A DNA stretch of 64,000 nt from positions 310,001-374,000 of the forward strand of contig JAYWIR010000070.1 of the NCBI GenBank assembly GCA_036172245.1, written 5' to 3'. The DNA is from Raillietiella orientalis. Taxonomy: Eukaryota. Position numbers and translations under genes: made by a program. The notes beneath the pieces were generated by a model. That model had not been told where the DNA came from and did not search any database. It saw only the letters and a program-made list of their open reading frames with translations. The stretch's first letter is position 1. Every line of letters starts with the position of its first letter. Below, one piece after another: positions 35,515 to 49,700 of the stretch.

Positions 35515-37959
35515 ATGGAACGGGACGGGTCCCTTTGGGTTGATCCGAGAGGGAACGCAGGTGGCGGAGGGAGGAAAAGGGAAGGAGACGACTAGAGGGA
35601 CAGGCGCTTCTCGGAAATGCGCTTCAGAAAGAAGGTCTTCAGAAGAAGAAGGAAAAGGCCGTCGGAGAGGACTCCAGAACTAGACTCCCCTAAGGGTCTA
35701 CTGGGGGAATCTGGAAAGGGAGGCTTTCCAATCAATCTGGGAGGTGCCTGATGGCATCCACGAAGAGATAAGGGGTCCACCTCCCAAAAAGAGAAAGCTG
35801 GACTAAAGACATGTGTCAGCAGCCGTGCTCCTTCCTCCTTTCCAAATCTGGCCCCCAACTTAAAGAGAGGCCAAGACAGCGAGACACCGCATTGGAAGTT
35901 GCGAGCTCATACCATGGGAGAAGCTCCAGATAAAATCATTAAATACCTCTCTGAGTATCCCAGGCGACGAAGTCTGGATGACGGGAAGCTCTTGTAGTCA
36001 CAAGGTTGGTGCGCTACGGGTCACCTGACGGCGATGAAAAAAAGTTGGAGCTGTCATCTGATTTGCTGAACGGCCGCTGCGAGGCGCGCGCTTCAGGCAG
36101 GGGTGGGTCGAACTAGTCCGAATCTTGGTTCAAAAAATGGGTAGCCTTGCATACTGGTCCGATGAGGGGCGTGTGTGATGTTTATCCAGTCACCACCACC
36201 TGCCCTCATAAGAACAGATAATACACTTTAATTGCCCTGCGATCCAAAGAACCTCGAGGAATCCCTTCCACTTCTCGGCCACGCTCTCCTTGCCGAAACT
36301 TTCCAGAACTTCACTCCCGAGCCCGCAACTGGGGATTGATGGAGACAAGAACGTCCTCTCCTCCACTCATCGCGTCTCTCTGGGAAAGATGGGTGTGTAA
36401 GAGGGGATGGTGATGACTTCCTGAATCGCTCGGACCTCAGAAACCACGTGGGAGAAGTCAGGCAAGCAGACTGCATTGACGAGGCAACCAATCCCAATCC
36501 GATGCACAGGAGGCTTCCACGGAAGTAGCGGTGCTAGCGGTGAGTTTTCCGGCAAATTCCTGACCCGCAAGAATGACGCCTTCTGTAACTGCCGACTGCA
36601 ATTCAGGATGATCAAGATGGAGTCATTTGTCCTTGAAGAAGGGGAGGGAAAGGTCGGGATCTATCCGAATGGGGTGGTGCGCAGCGTCGCCAGAACATAC
36701 GTCCCGAGGGCTCGTTTACTTGTTTCCCAAGAGGACGATATCCACCATCTCTCCCTGCCTAGGATGACCAGCGCGATCGGCGGGGATTTCATTGCTTCGA
36801 GCCATCATCCTGTCCGGTCTCCATTGCCTTCTCGTTCACCGTTAGTTCCGCTGCCTTCCGCAAGGACTCTCCAGCAGCGGCCTCTCTTCCGTGCTTGCTC
36901 ATGGCCTTCGCTTCCCAGAGTTGCAGTCTTTGCATAAAAACGACTGCGAGGAAGAGATCAGGTCACCAGGTCATGTCGCGGTGACCATTCCTTGAGGAAA
37001 AAAGTAGGTGGCCACTCAGAAGATATCATCCTCGGGGAAACCAGCATCCGAGAGAGACAAGAGGTGGAGGCGGCCAGGGAGAATAAGGATCCTGAAGCAG
37101 ACTGTGATCATAGCGTTCTCCGAGCATCAACCACGAGACGAAGCCAGCCAGACGAGGTCGTCCACTCCCGTGCGTCGACGGGCGCGCGGAAGAGGAAGAG
37201 GAGGAAAGAGGGGGGAAGAGGAAGGAGGAGGCAAGCGCTCCTTCGGCGCGAAGTTTCCCACGCGGAGCGCTCCCTGCGCGTTGCCATGGCGCCTCAGGGA
37301 ACCAAACAGACGGCGTGAGAATTGGCTGACAAGAGGGAACGACGACGACGACGCGTGTGACGCTTCCGTCTCGCGGGACTTCGCGGTCGAGGCGCTCCGC
37401 ACGCGCAGGCCCTCCCCTCCTCCTCCAAAGCGAAAGACGGAGTGGAAGGTGCGGCGACTTGGTTCGAAGGCGTCGCCAACCCCTGGAGCCCACCGCTGCT
37501 TCCTCAGGGACTTTCGGATAGGAGGGCACCCTTCCTCCCTTCGCCCCCTGAGACCTCTTGCTCAACGCCTTTCCCTGCCGATTCCTGGGGTCGACGCCTA
37601 GACTCTCCTCTGCTGAGAGATCGAGTGGAGACCCTGGATCCGGGTTAGGCTACCAGAATGGGCAAGGAGGTCGGGAAGGCACGCATACGCGCCTCCGGGG
37701 AGAGGACGGGACCAGCCTTTCGGATCAGCAGGTTTCCCCTTCCAATGATCCATCCGGACTGGGGACCCTGATCGAGATGGGAAGAACTGGGATCGGAGGG
37801 GAAATTCCTTGAACAGGAAGGCACGGGGGAGACCGGGTCACTCTTGAAATCAGATGGAGAGAGCTCAGTTGTCCCCTCCCTTTCAGTGTGACTTGCGAAA
37901 GTGGTCGCCGGAGGGCATGTGATCGAGGCGAAACCGAGTCTGGAACAGGGGCAATTGCC

Positions 37960-38001
37960 GAGAGCAGTATGAAAAGGTCATCACCTTTTCATACTGCTCT
38001 C
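37960..38001. repeat. Perfect inverted repeat, 19-bp arms, 4-nt loop
   Basis: GAGAGCAGTATGAAAAGGT-CATC-ACCTTTTCATACTGCTCTC. Confidence 0.95.
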
Positions 38002-41000
38002 TTCTTCCACCTTGAAGGTTAGGGAAGTCCTTCGGTTTCCCTCGCGGCCGGCCGAGATGACGGCGGTGACTTTTAGAGGAAAAGCAGAGGAAGGAGTAAC
38101 GGCATCCCTCTCTGCACAGAGGAAGAGGGACGATCCCCTTCTTTTTTCCGCAACTCCCTCTCTCTTCTCTCTCTTTGCAAGGCTCCTTCCCTTTATGGGA
38201 CTCCCTTCCCACCTCCCCCGATCTGCAGCGCAACTCTGCCGTAACCAAGGCAACGAGCGAAAAGAGGAGAGGAACCTGTGGGCGGGTAAAGGGGGAAGGA
38301 GGAGAGGAAAAGGGGAGCTCTCGAGAACGGGAGATGCGAGGGAGAGGGAACTCTCGCCTCCGCTCGCGCGCGCGAGGCCATGATCGAGGTCACGGAGGAA
38401 AAAGGAGAGAAGCCAAAGGAGACGACCGGGATGGAGGAAAGGGCCATCGTCCGAGACGAGAAGGCGCCATTTCCACGGGTGCAGAGCAGTGGATCCAGGC
38501 AGATGGTCGCAGCCCCTCCTTCCCTCCCCCTCCTTCCCGCCCCCTCTTTTCCCTCTTTTTTTTTTTCATTTTTGTTTTTTTTGGCTCCAACCGCAGAGGA
38601 GGCTCGTCATGATCCTGAGGACGATCCCGAGGGATCCCCCTCCCTACGAGGTTTAAGGACTGTCTCCAGGGTGCACGCCGTGTCTCCCAAAGGATTACTC
38701 AAGCTGGTCTGGCCTCCAATAACGATGAATATGAGGAGAGGGAAGGAGGAGAAGGCAAGGAGGAAGTAGATCAAGGTGCAAGTGGGAGTAAGAGGGTCCC
38801 TGGAGGTGGTCCAAGCGAGGTTTCCCTCCTCATTCCATATCCCTTCGTAGCACTCCCGGAGAGGGCTTTCCCCTGCTAGAGGCGGCCGCTTGATCCAGAA
38901 AGTCCCCTTCTCCTTTCTGATTCGAACGCTACCGCCGACCAAGTGACCGTGGAGACATCGTGGAGATTCAAGGGGTTTCTCCTGGAAAGGTCGCATCGCG
39001 AAAGGTCACACAGGACCCTTCCGGTCGATGGGTGTCGTTACTCAAGGGGCGGGAATGGAAGCGAAGGAAAAGACATCAGCAACGTTCCAGGTTCTGGAGT
39101 CGGGGAAAGACCACAGGGGGTTTCGCATTCCTCATCTTTCTCTTGAAAGGCAGAGACCACCCTCTGCTGAGGGATAGGTCCAGGAGGAGAACTGTTGGTG
39201 GCTTGGTTTCTTCCGAAAGGGTACTCTTACCCTCACCATGGAATTTTTTTTCGTGGGATTCTGGGATAATAAAAAGTATAGGGCTGCTCGACGGGACCCG
39301 AGGTCCCTCTTTTGCACTTCGATCTGGCAGTCTCTCCTCATCCTTGGCATCTAAAGCCTCCACCTTCAACCGCTTGCCTCTCGCGCGCTTTTCGCATTGT
39401 GCTCGTTCAGCCCGCGTGAGCATCTCGGCGGACTCAAGGTTTTCGATAGAGAGGAGGAGGCTCGCTGCCCCTGGGGTGCTTTTGCCTCTCTTTGTCATGC
39501 TGCAGTGGGAAGGGGGTGGGGACAAAGAGACGGACGAGAGAGGACGGAGCACTCGCATTCTCATGACGCTGCCTCTCGTGGCTGTTGGCTGCCACGAGTC
39601 GCGACTCCCCACTGTCACCAGTGGACGCCGGCGATTCACCATCCTCCGTCTCCCCAGGGTGGCATCAGAGCACGCCTTCCAGACGCGACGTCTCCTTATC
39701 CAGTCTCCGATGCTTCTCACGGAAGATTCCAGGAATGAGCACCGGCAGCAGCCATCCGTCCGGTATCCAGATGTCTAAGAAAGCCACTCAGAAGCTATCA
39801 ACCGAACGAGAGAAAGGCGGGAAGCTCAAGATAGAAGGGAAGCTGGACTGGTGGGAGAGAAGCAGGGATGAAGGAGGTGGAGAGGAAAACAGCAGGGTAA
39901 AGGTTAGGAAGCCGAGGCATCTTGAGCAAGAATGCTCTTTGAAGTGCTCGAGGGAGGCGAGCATCCGAGGCAGGAAGTGTGTCAAGGACTCCTACTTGAA
40001 AGCTGAACAAGAAGCAGTGGGAGCCAGCATCTTCCCCTTCTTGCGCTTATGAGCGCAAAGAGCAGCATCCTGTGGAGCTCACAGAACCCCGAACGGTGAT
40101 CTGGACGTGCCTCACGGGTGGCAGTTCCCTCTGGGGTCCGCCAAAATTCACTCAACTGAGGTCACTGGAGAACAATCGGTCCCTCGAGGATCTTCAGGAA
40201 GAACTCCGTCATTTTTAGAAAACTGATAAAAGAAGAGTCTCCGGCTGCTTAATTCCGAAACTACTGCTTGCTGATTTTCTTCTTCAGAGCCTCTCCTCGT
40301 TGGACCTCAATTCTCTCCCACTCCTCGATAACTCTTCTTACTCTTTGACCCGCCTGTTGGCTATTATGTCCTTCTTCCCTTCCCGATCGGTCCTCTGGTC
40401 GGTTTCTTTTGCTCTTCGAAAGAATGCCAAGTTCTGTCATTTCAGGTTCGCATCGACAATCATCGATCGATTGATGCCCACAGCAGTCTCTTCGCTGCCC
40501 TTTCCACAGGAGCTCATCCTCTTATACCCTTCTCTCGTTGCTCTCAGGACCACTCTTCAGACATTTCTCTCTGCACGGAGGCAGAAGGCAATGCCTTGCT
40601 CAGGCCCCCGGTGGCTCTTTATGCCCTCTTGATCTTTCGATCGACTACCACGCTGTTCTGATCTTTTCCTCTACTGCCATGTGCTTCTCTCCTTCAATGG
40701 GTCACAAGATCGCTGCTTACAGGGGGGCAATGGAACCGAATGACTCGGTCCAGACCAACCCTTGGTGCTGCCGTGGGCAACCTCGGCTGCCCAGTCTTCG
40801 CGGAACCACCACAGAGCGATTTCCTCGATCTGCATGACCCATCGTCATCTCTATCAGGATCCTTCTCTGTGCCCTCGTGCACTTCCATTCCTTTACCGCC
40901 AGGCCCCAGTGGGCCGCCATGCTTTCCCGACTCCCAACTCCTTCCCAAACCCGCTCCGTTTCCCGAGATCGCAGCGCCGACATCCTGCACCCAGAGAGTT

Positions 41001-43572
41001 ACTAGATATTTGCAGTGGCTTCACCGAGCTCTCACGAGCGCGGGAACCGTTACGGGTTTTCGGGGCGGGGCAGTAGTCAGCAGGAAGGGGCAGAAAGGCA
41101 AAGCGGAAGGACCGCGGGCGAGGGGCGCGTCATCTTCTGGTTTGTTTTGCTCTTTCCCTTTCCTCGAGTCGGGAGTCAACCTGCAGATCTCTACGGCGCG
41201 CGCGAACACCCTCCGTTCTCCAGGGCGGAGCCAACTGAAAGTGCGCAGGGGTCTCTGATGCCACGTCACCTCAACCCGGACCTCGTAACCCTTCCCCCCC
41301 CTTCGGTGGTCCATGAAACGTTCCGCCTCCCCCTCCGATGTTCGCAAACGCAGCAAGTGGGAAGAGCAAGAGGGGGTGAGAGAAGAAGCGGAAGAGGAGA
41401 AAGAGGTCGCGACCTGCCCTCCCTTCCTCCTGCCTCCCCACCTTATACCCTTCCCCCTCCCCATCTCACCCCCTCTCGGCGGCCGGCGGCCATCAATAAT
41501 TCACGCTGCGAAAAGAACCCGCCTTGCCGTCTTCCGGTCTTCCTCTCGCCGGGAGGGAGGGGATCGGGGCGTGGGAGGCCTGCGGCGCGAGTGAGAGAGC
41601 GAGCGAACTCCTCGCGCGAGAGGTTCCCCAGGATCACCGGATGGAGCGCGCCATCACGAACGCTCCGCGTGTATTAAATATTTACCCGGAGAGTGCGCGT
41701 GCAAATTTATGAGGAAGGGGAGAAAAGAGGGAAGAAAATCGACCTCCGAAAAATACAAGAGCGGGAAGAAGGAGACAGGAGGAGGGAAGGAGGGGGGAAC
41801 GAGAGGAGGAGAGGGGAGAGGCGGGCAGAGTCGAGAGATGCGGGAAGTTCTTGGACGCAAGGGGGCGCGGCTTCTCTCGGACGCGCCCGAGGTCTCCGCA
41901 TGTGTGCGCACCCGCGTCGTGCGTGGGAGTCGCGGAAGCCCGGGAACGAGTCGGCGATGGCAGCGGTCCCTCACAGGAGCAATCGCATCGCTCATCCTCT
42001 CCGACATCCGCAAGAAGTGCAAGGGGGAAAAGAGGAGAGGGCAGGCACAGCACATGCGCAGACGCCACCATCCCGCGCCCACAGCTCTTTCTACTGCTGA
42101 CCCGCCGACCAAGGCGTCATCCCCTGTCCTTATGTTCCTGGACCGCTCCTCTCCGGGAAAGGATCCAGGAGCATTCCTCTCTCTTCTGAGGAGGAAGGAC
42201 GTGGACTTCACTTCCTCCTCACCTTTGCATGAGATGAGACGGAGGTGGACGACTTGATATGGATCAAGGTGCGACCGCGTGCAATCAGATGGCGCGCACT
42301 CGCAAGGTCGTTGCAGAACCATTCCAGCGAGATCTTTCCGATCCGCCGTTCGGATTCTGGATCGAGGGCGACGCACTTTTTCGCGCGGTTGAGTGGAGTT
42401 CGCGGTGGCTTCAAGCATGTCAGCCCCCCGTGGGCTGATCGCATGGAAGCACTCGCGGCTGCTGCTGACACCCACGCCTTGCTGCTTCCGGCTCAACATG
42501 ACAGAAGCGAAGCTCCGAGCGTCAGGCGAACGCAGGTCTGCACGCACCCTTCTTCCTGTTGGGGGATGCTGGGGAGGAGGAACAGGAGAAACCACCAAAA
42601 AGTGGCGGCGGATTCGAAGACTCGACCCGTTCGGCACTGCAGCTTGCCTGAGCAGGCACCACAGGGAGTTGATGAGCACCTTCCAGCCCGATCCCGAGAC
42701 AGATGCCAGTCCAGCACCTCTGCAGCCTCCATAGCCCCGCCGGCAACCAGCAGTGCACATGGAGGCGTGCACAGTCCACTTTGGCATTAACAACGTCCCA
42801 CATTAGCCGTTTCGTTAATCTCTGAGTCAAGCGGTGACCTCAGCGGCTGCCAAACAGTGAATTGTCTGGGAGGAATTCGTCGCTAAGTTCCTGCTGAAGA
42901 GAGAAAAAGGATTGGAAGGGTCGGAGAGCAGGATGTTGGGAAGGATCTCCTGACAAAGGCCGTCTCTGCACGATCCTCTCCTCGTTCTTCTCCCCGTTCT
43001 AACATCGATTCTGAACTCGTCTCTGATCACAACGATCCCTCTGCTCTCCTAAGACAGAAGGGCTCTACCGGGTCATGCTTCTACCTTCTCGTCATCAGAG
43101 ACCGCTCGCTCAAACTCTGGAGACAGCCGGAGTCAAAAAGGCGATCTCTGACTGCAGCTAGAGCGAAGGCAGGAACAGGACGGGAGGAGAAAGATGGCAG
43201 TGCCGACCGCTCGGTAACGGGCAGGACAGGAGTGTGTGGGGTAGCCTTCGCTTTGTTTTTCTGGAGAGAGGAAGATGCGAGGGAAGGAGGAGGAGTCACT
43301 CGAGGAGAACCGATCTCCTGAGGAACTCAGGATGCCCAGGTGAGTGGCCACCAGAGCGTCCGGCCTCGAGGAGAATGCGTTGCCACTCTGCTTTTCGAAG
43401 TCGATCGATCGGTCCAGGACTCCAGAAGGTGTCTCCTGTACTTTTTAGGGAAAAGGGAGGGCAGCCTTTTGTTTTACTCTTCCCTGGAAGTCGCCTGGCA
43501 AGGAAATATTAGTTACGGGGTATTTGAGGTAGAGAGATCCGACAGGTATGCATGGAATCAATGGTCGGACAC

Positions 43573-43772
43573 AGGAGAGGTGGAAGATACAAAGAATAAA
43601 TAAAGATAAGATGAAGAGTAAAGGAGAAGGAGGGTATAGGAAGGAGAGTGAGGTATGGGAGAATGGGAGAGAAGAGGAAAAAGAGAAGAGAAAGTCCAGG
43701 AGAACTAGAGAAAAGATGAGGATGAGGAGAAATGAGAAAAAATAGGAGATGAGAGGAAGAGGAAGAAAAGGG
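43573..43772 (+). repeat. Polypurine (GA-rich) low-complexity tract
   Basis: About 200 nt dominated by A/G with very few C. Confidence 0.8.
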
Positions 43773-46700
43773 TCATCCTGGAGAAAGAAATCTTCAGGGT
43801 AAAGGGAGAATTTCGAAACGCTTCAGAAGAGCACTCACGGTGTGTGCGCTTTCGCCGGACGGCGCATTTGCGTGAGAGAAGCTTTCTCCGGTGCTACTGC
43901 TGCTGGAGTGAGGAAACACGAGAACGCAAGGCGCACCATTCAGTCTGTGCGTCTTTCCGGATCATGGAGAGCATACTCGGCAGGAAGATCATAGACAGAA
44001 AAAAGGGACGGTAGGAAGACAGGAGGAAGAGTGTGCATTCTGCACATGAGATGGAACAAATGAGAGCGCAGGCAATGAAACAGGAAACATCCTCGAATCA
44101 CCCGGTCTGAGCAGATGGAGATGAATCGAAGAAGTGAATCGAAATCGACTTTCACTGTTGCGGAGAGGAGAATGAGAAGAGAAAGCTGTGGTTTCCAAAG
44201 GCTTCAAGAAGATTGAGTCCATCGGTGGCGCGGCTTTATTCCCTCGGTGCCACCATCTTCCCTTTTTCACGATCGAGCAGGAGCCCTCCGGTGGTCTCTA
44301 ACTGTTGTTTGCTTGGCTCGAATGAGGAAAATAGGATACCTGACAATAGTGATGTTCGGTCACCTGACTCAGGCATGTACAAGAAAAATCGAGGCATTAG
44401 CATCCGAAGGAACGACATTTAAAAATCAGCACAGGAGAGCTACTGAGGGCTCTCCGGAGAACTCGCTTTCTAGTGAATGGAGGACCTCCGAGGCCAAAGT
44501 TCACTTCCTTCTCATGAACGTAGCCAAAAAAGGCCTCTTGTCAGGAACTTCTAGGAAAGATGCCATTCCTCGAATCAGGAAGCCAGAAAAAGTGAAAATG
44601 CGGCAACAGTACTAGTTGCTCCCGTGATGAATGCTGCAGCGCAGGAAATCTGCAGGAGACGGCAGCATTCAGTGTCCTGGGTACAAAGGAATGGAGAGGT
44701 CTATCTCATCTCAATATCAGCTGGCGAAGATCAACTCAGTGGCACTTGGAGGTTACTGTCACTCTGATTGCGTACTGCAGTTCTTTGGGGAAGGTGCCCG
44801 GGGCACTGTCAATCAGGACCATGTGACTTTCACCGATTGGAGCAGATCTGCAAGACCCACAAAACTCGATCTTTCGGAGTTGGGCAGAGATGTGCTTTCT
44901 AAAGCTGCTGAGTGGATTGGAATCATTAGAGCCAGTCTGCGCGTGCAACATGCACAGACATCACTGACGCAATTTCTGAGGCTTTATTCTCGCAGCACCT
45001 ATACGCAACAGAGGTTAATCCAGCATACTACCTGTTTCCGAAATGCATCTTCTTTACCTAATGACGGATGCAGTGGATACTACGCATATGTGGTTCTCAC
45101 TGTTTGTCACTTTTCCTCCCATTTGCCTATCTTTTCTTGAGATAAATATGCGCTTATCAGCATCGGCATCTCATGCGCCGCCTCTCTGCTGACCACTGCA
45201 TTGAACTGCCAATGGAACAGGAAAGGACGTTCAGAGCTTGTTCTTCGATGTGTTTGTGAGGCTTTCAGCATACCTGCAAATGATTTCAAACTGATTTCAA
45301 ACGTCGGATAGACCGAAACAGAAGGTCCAATACAGGTCTCTTCTGAGGTAAGCATAGTGTTGACTACTCAGGACACGAGTTTCTATCTCTCCTTCCCCTT
45401 TAAACCAATTCTCGCCTTGGGGACTTCATCTATGACAAAAGATATATTTTGTTTGGTTTTCACAAGTGATAGCTTTTGAAATTTCACTGGAAAAAATGAA
45501 AAACATGAGTGCCCAATTAGCTGATGTGATCCAGGACAACTAATCGAAGGATGAGAGACGTTCTGAATGTTCTCCGTTTCTTCGAAATCAACCTTAACCA
45601 GGGATTGTTTTTCTGGAATAATGGGTGACAATAGGATCATAAGTAAAATTCGAAGATCCCCAACGGTGCTGGAAAGCTGCTTTCTGAATAGCACTCAAGC
45701 GCTTCGCGTTTAAGTTCTGTGAGCTTTACTTGGCAGCTCAAGTGCCTTTGTAGTGTCGTCTTTTTCCAGTGGATGAAACTAGAGGCTAGCTCATGCGAAA
45801 AATTATCATTTCTTCATATCAGGATGGAGGATTGGTAAGTAGGATGGTGGAAGCATAAAGGAAGGGTATTTGAATAGAAGGAGTGTCCGTAGCTTGGGGT
45901 TCATCTAAAGGGTAGATGGAGCTGCAAAATTACATCAAGAGGAAGTTTTTATGACATTCCTCAACAACATGTTTTCATAACTGCAACGACACAAGCCTTC
46001 TGTCTTCAAGAGCAAAGAGTGCTGTGCGTTCTTTCGAAAGACAGCCCGCGTTTCCGCTAATTATGTCCTTGTCTAAGATGAGATGTTCAGAGATGCTGTA
46101 ATCTCTACAGAGGTCCTACAGGAAGGTCAGCACAAGAATTTGTGGTCCGGAGCGAAAGTCTCCACTCGAAGATTTGGGTAGTTTTTCTTGGTGCCTGAAC
46201 AGTGAAACGAAAAAAATTGCCCTTTTTCTAGTTCCATTCCACCTGAGTGGAAATGTGAAGAAAGGTCATGAAGAAAACCAGGATGGATTCTTCAGAAGCG
46301 AATTCTGCTACTGACTTGAAGCATTTGCTGAAGTTCATAAGATGTTACTTCCATACGCAAGGTGATGGCAGTCTGACCCGTAGATGAACAGCAGTGCACT
46401 AGTGAGAACAAAGATCACAAGTAACGAGGATATTTGTATGTCAGTGCTTTCTTCAAGATCTGCAAATATGCATATAGCATCATCAAACTCAGGAGCGTTT
46501 AGGCCTCGAAAGGATCCGACAGAACCATCCGGATGGATTCTCACTTACTTTATTGGCGCTTCCCCAACCCAACTCATTGCCAGCTTAAGATAAACTTAAA
46601 GGAAACTGGCGATCAAGACAGTTGCTTTTCTGATTGAAGTCTAGAAATTCTCGCCAGATTCCACCACTCATTTCTCGCATCAAGCGGTCTCAGACGACAA

Positions 46701-49700
46701 TGATGCAATGCCAACGCAAACTGGGAAGCTAACAAGAATGTTTCCAAAGAGCAATACTTTGCAGCTCCATGTCCCACCAGAGCACGTTTCATGAGAGAAT
46801 TAGATGATCTTCGCACTCTCCCGTATTTATTGACTAGACGTCCACATTGACAATATTCGGCCGTTGTTTGGATGATTTGATCAGGAATCTCCAGGATGGA
46901 CCTCGCCTCAAGACATCGTATACGTGCAGAGCAGCAATTTTAGTCAGCTGACAGGTCGCGAGGTGGTTAAGAAACCCGAGATTTAAGACATCTGAAATCA
47001 CGGGCGCTTAGGCGGGGAAAAAAACCCTCCGTCCAACTCTTCCAGTTGCGTATCCTCCAATTCCAGCCGTGGCTCCACTTGGGATATAATGTAACGTTTT
47101 CGAGGTCAGTTTCCACCATTATCAACAAATTTGTCTTCTGTTGTCTTTATGTTTAGGAACTTTGCCCAAATTGCGCAAAGGTCAACACAAAGCAGACACA
47201 GAATGTGACAGGAATCTCCTCAAGATGCCCTTCCTGTCGGTCCTCTTGGACTCCTGGAAGGTTTGGTTTCCTTCCCGTGGGCAGGGCAGCATTTGGATGA
47301 TTGAGTCTTTTCTCCTGTTTATACGAATTGCTGCTGCAAGAAGAACAGATTCCGTGAATTTTCCCCTTTAGTGATTTTAGATCTGAGCAGGATTCCTAAA
47401 AGCAGGAATTCCGTTAGAAGTAGCGTGCGCGTAAGCTTCACTCACGAAAGTTATTGAGTTCCAGGCAAGAGCGCTCAGACTCCCTTTGAGAGCTGCTCAG
47501 CTGGACGCCAGAAGGGATGTCATCCTGAACAAGAGATAATCCTCGGCTTGAGGATGCATCCCGTTTTGCTAAGGTGTCCTTGCTTACCAGGAGACCATGG
47601 TTTAGCTGATGGAGGTACAGGATGAAATCAAGGGAGGAACGAAATGAACGCCAGCAAACGCAGCCCCTCTGCATCTGGATTGCGACTCGCATCGCATTAG
47701 CAAACAGATGAGAACCTCACACTGCTTATTTCCTGTATCTCTTGGTATCTCAGCGCAGCACCCTGTGCACGAAGATTCGAGAAAATTTACATGAATCATT
47801 TTTCGCGTTGCTTTCTGGGTGTCTAGACTCTGGAGCTTGAGTCATTTTCCAAGCATCTCCGAACACTCGTTCTCTAGAAACTCACAGAAGAGCAGATAAG
47901 ATAAAGAGATGGATAAGCTACATCCTGCCTACGCCTGAGTGTCCGAGAGAAGTAATGCGCAGATTCGAAAGTGATCTCGTCGAATGATTCTGATGCTGCT
48001 GTGGCTTCGCATCTTGTGTTCAGAAGCAGAGTTGCGGGCGCTTTCTTTGAGTCTTTCCCATCCCGAATGCTTGCTCCAGGTCAGTGACTTCTCTAAGAAT
48101 CTAGATTTTTGGTCAGCTTCTTCCAAGAAAAAAAAAAGAAACATGATGAAATGATTATATTTAATGATTAAGATGGAATTCAGTGTCTTCTTTGCCAGCT
48201 GCGCAGATGCGATTCGTCTGCGATTACGGTGAAACATCTTTTTTCCTTCCAGGACGAACTTGCAACGATAGGAGGACATTCTGAGGTGCCTTGCTCTATA
48301 GTCGGCGAATTCCTTCTTGATCCGTAGTCACTACCGCCGCCACTTGACAGCAGCAACAGAAGAAGGGCTCTCACGTCGTTCATTTTTGAGGAAAGCAACG
48401 TTAGCAAAGAGCTGTGCGCAAATAGGAAATGAGGTTCCTGCTCCGTAAGTCCCTTCCATTCCTGTCTGCTTCTGACCTACCTCTGGCTTCCACAAAAGAA
48501 TCGGAAAATGCAGTCTTTGGTGACCGTATTGACCGACCTTCAGTGGTGATCGTCACCCTTTCGACCAAGGAAGAAAGAGGCGATGTCACCGTTCTGTTAA
48601 TAGGGAAACTTACTGTGGGTAATCGCGGCTGGACGTCGAGTCGTGGTCGCTGTCCGAATACCAGCGAAAGTGGAAGTCACATTTCCACTCCCGAACAAAC
48701 TCGCGCGTGGGAACTTCTTCTAACCTTTTCATCTGAACGCTTTCTTCTTCTTCCAGCTGGCTTAACTCCTTTCGATTTTTCATGGAACCGAGTCTGGTCT
48801 TCCTCCGGAATTGCAGATGCTTTCTTATGCACGTTCAACGGGATTCTTTTGCTGTACTCAGCTGTAGATAGGGCGAAAAAAGTGAATTATTCTTCAGAGG
48901 AATGAATGCCGAACCATTGCAGGTCTTTTCTGAATCTACTCGAGGTCACTGATTCTTATAAGTTTTTGTCTATAGTTGATGGATCAGCAACATGTCGAAG
49001 AGACAGGGACTGAAAAAAGGAATGCGTTCCCTTGACTCTTAAGTGTTGTCAAATGCCCACGTGCAACATAAAGTGTGCGAATTCTTGTTTTTCCTTCATC
49101 GCTGATGAAGCGAATGAACTTCCGGGCTTCTCACTGATAAGTGGACTGGTCTTCACAGAACAGGAACAAAACTGCTAGCATCGTTCTATTTCCATGCCGC
49201 TGATCTCTTGATCCATGAGAACGCATTAACTCACATAGAATTCATCCTCTCCAATTTTATCTGCTTGGTGGATTCGCTTCCAAAAAACTCCGTGACATGC
49301 AAGGAAAGTGGGCTCGTAAAGGGCAGTTAGCGAGCTCCACTGCAGAAAGGGATGAAGAAGCAAGCATTTGTTACTGGAGAGCAAAGACGTTGAAGGTCCG
49401 TCGAAACAAAGCTGTTAGTCGTAACTACGAAGATCAGCACTCGCTGAGGAAGTTTCCCCATCTGTATCCAAGGTCTCTTAGAGAAGACAGAAGAGTTCTT
49501 CGAGAGAAACGCACACTCAGTAGAAAGGAATTTCTCTTTTGTTTTTCCTGCTTCCTTATTCAAAGATGAAGGGAGTTTCGAGTTCCCTGCCATCAGCAAG
49601 CATCACCTCACTTAGGGATTTTATTCGTGATACGCAGCGATAGGACAGAGCGGAACTCTGTATTTTCTTGGTCGTTCGAAAAAACTCCACCGTGGACAGG

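Noticed and set aside
41654..42793. 379-aa minus-strand ORF and overlapping ORFs
   Set aside because: Arg/Ser/Pro-rich with no domain or consistent codon bias; stop depletion is expected in GC-rich sequence.
44631..45140. 169-aa ATG ORF in the AT-richer region
   Set aside because: No recognisable domain, transposon motif or splice context.
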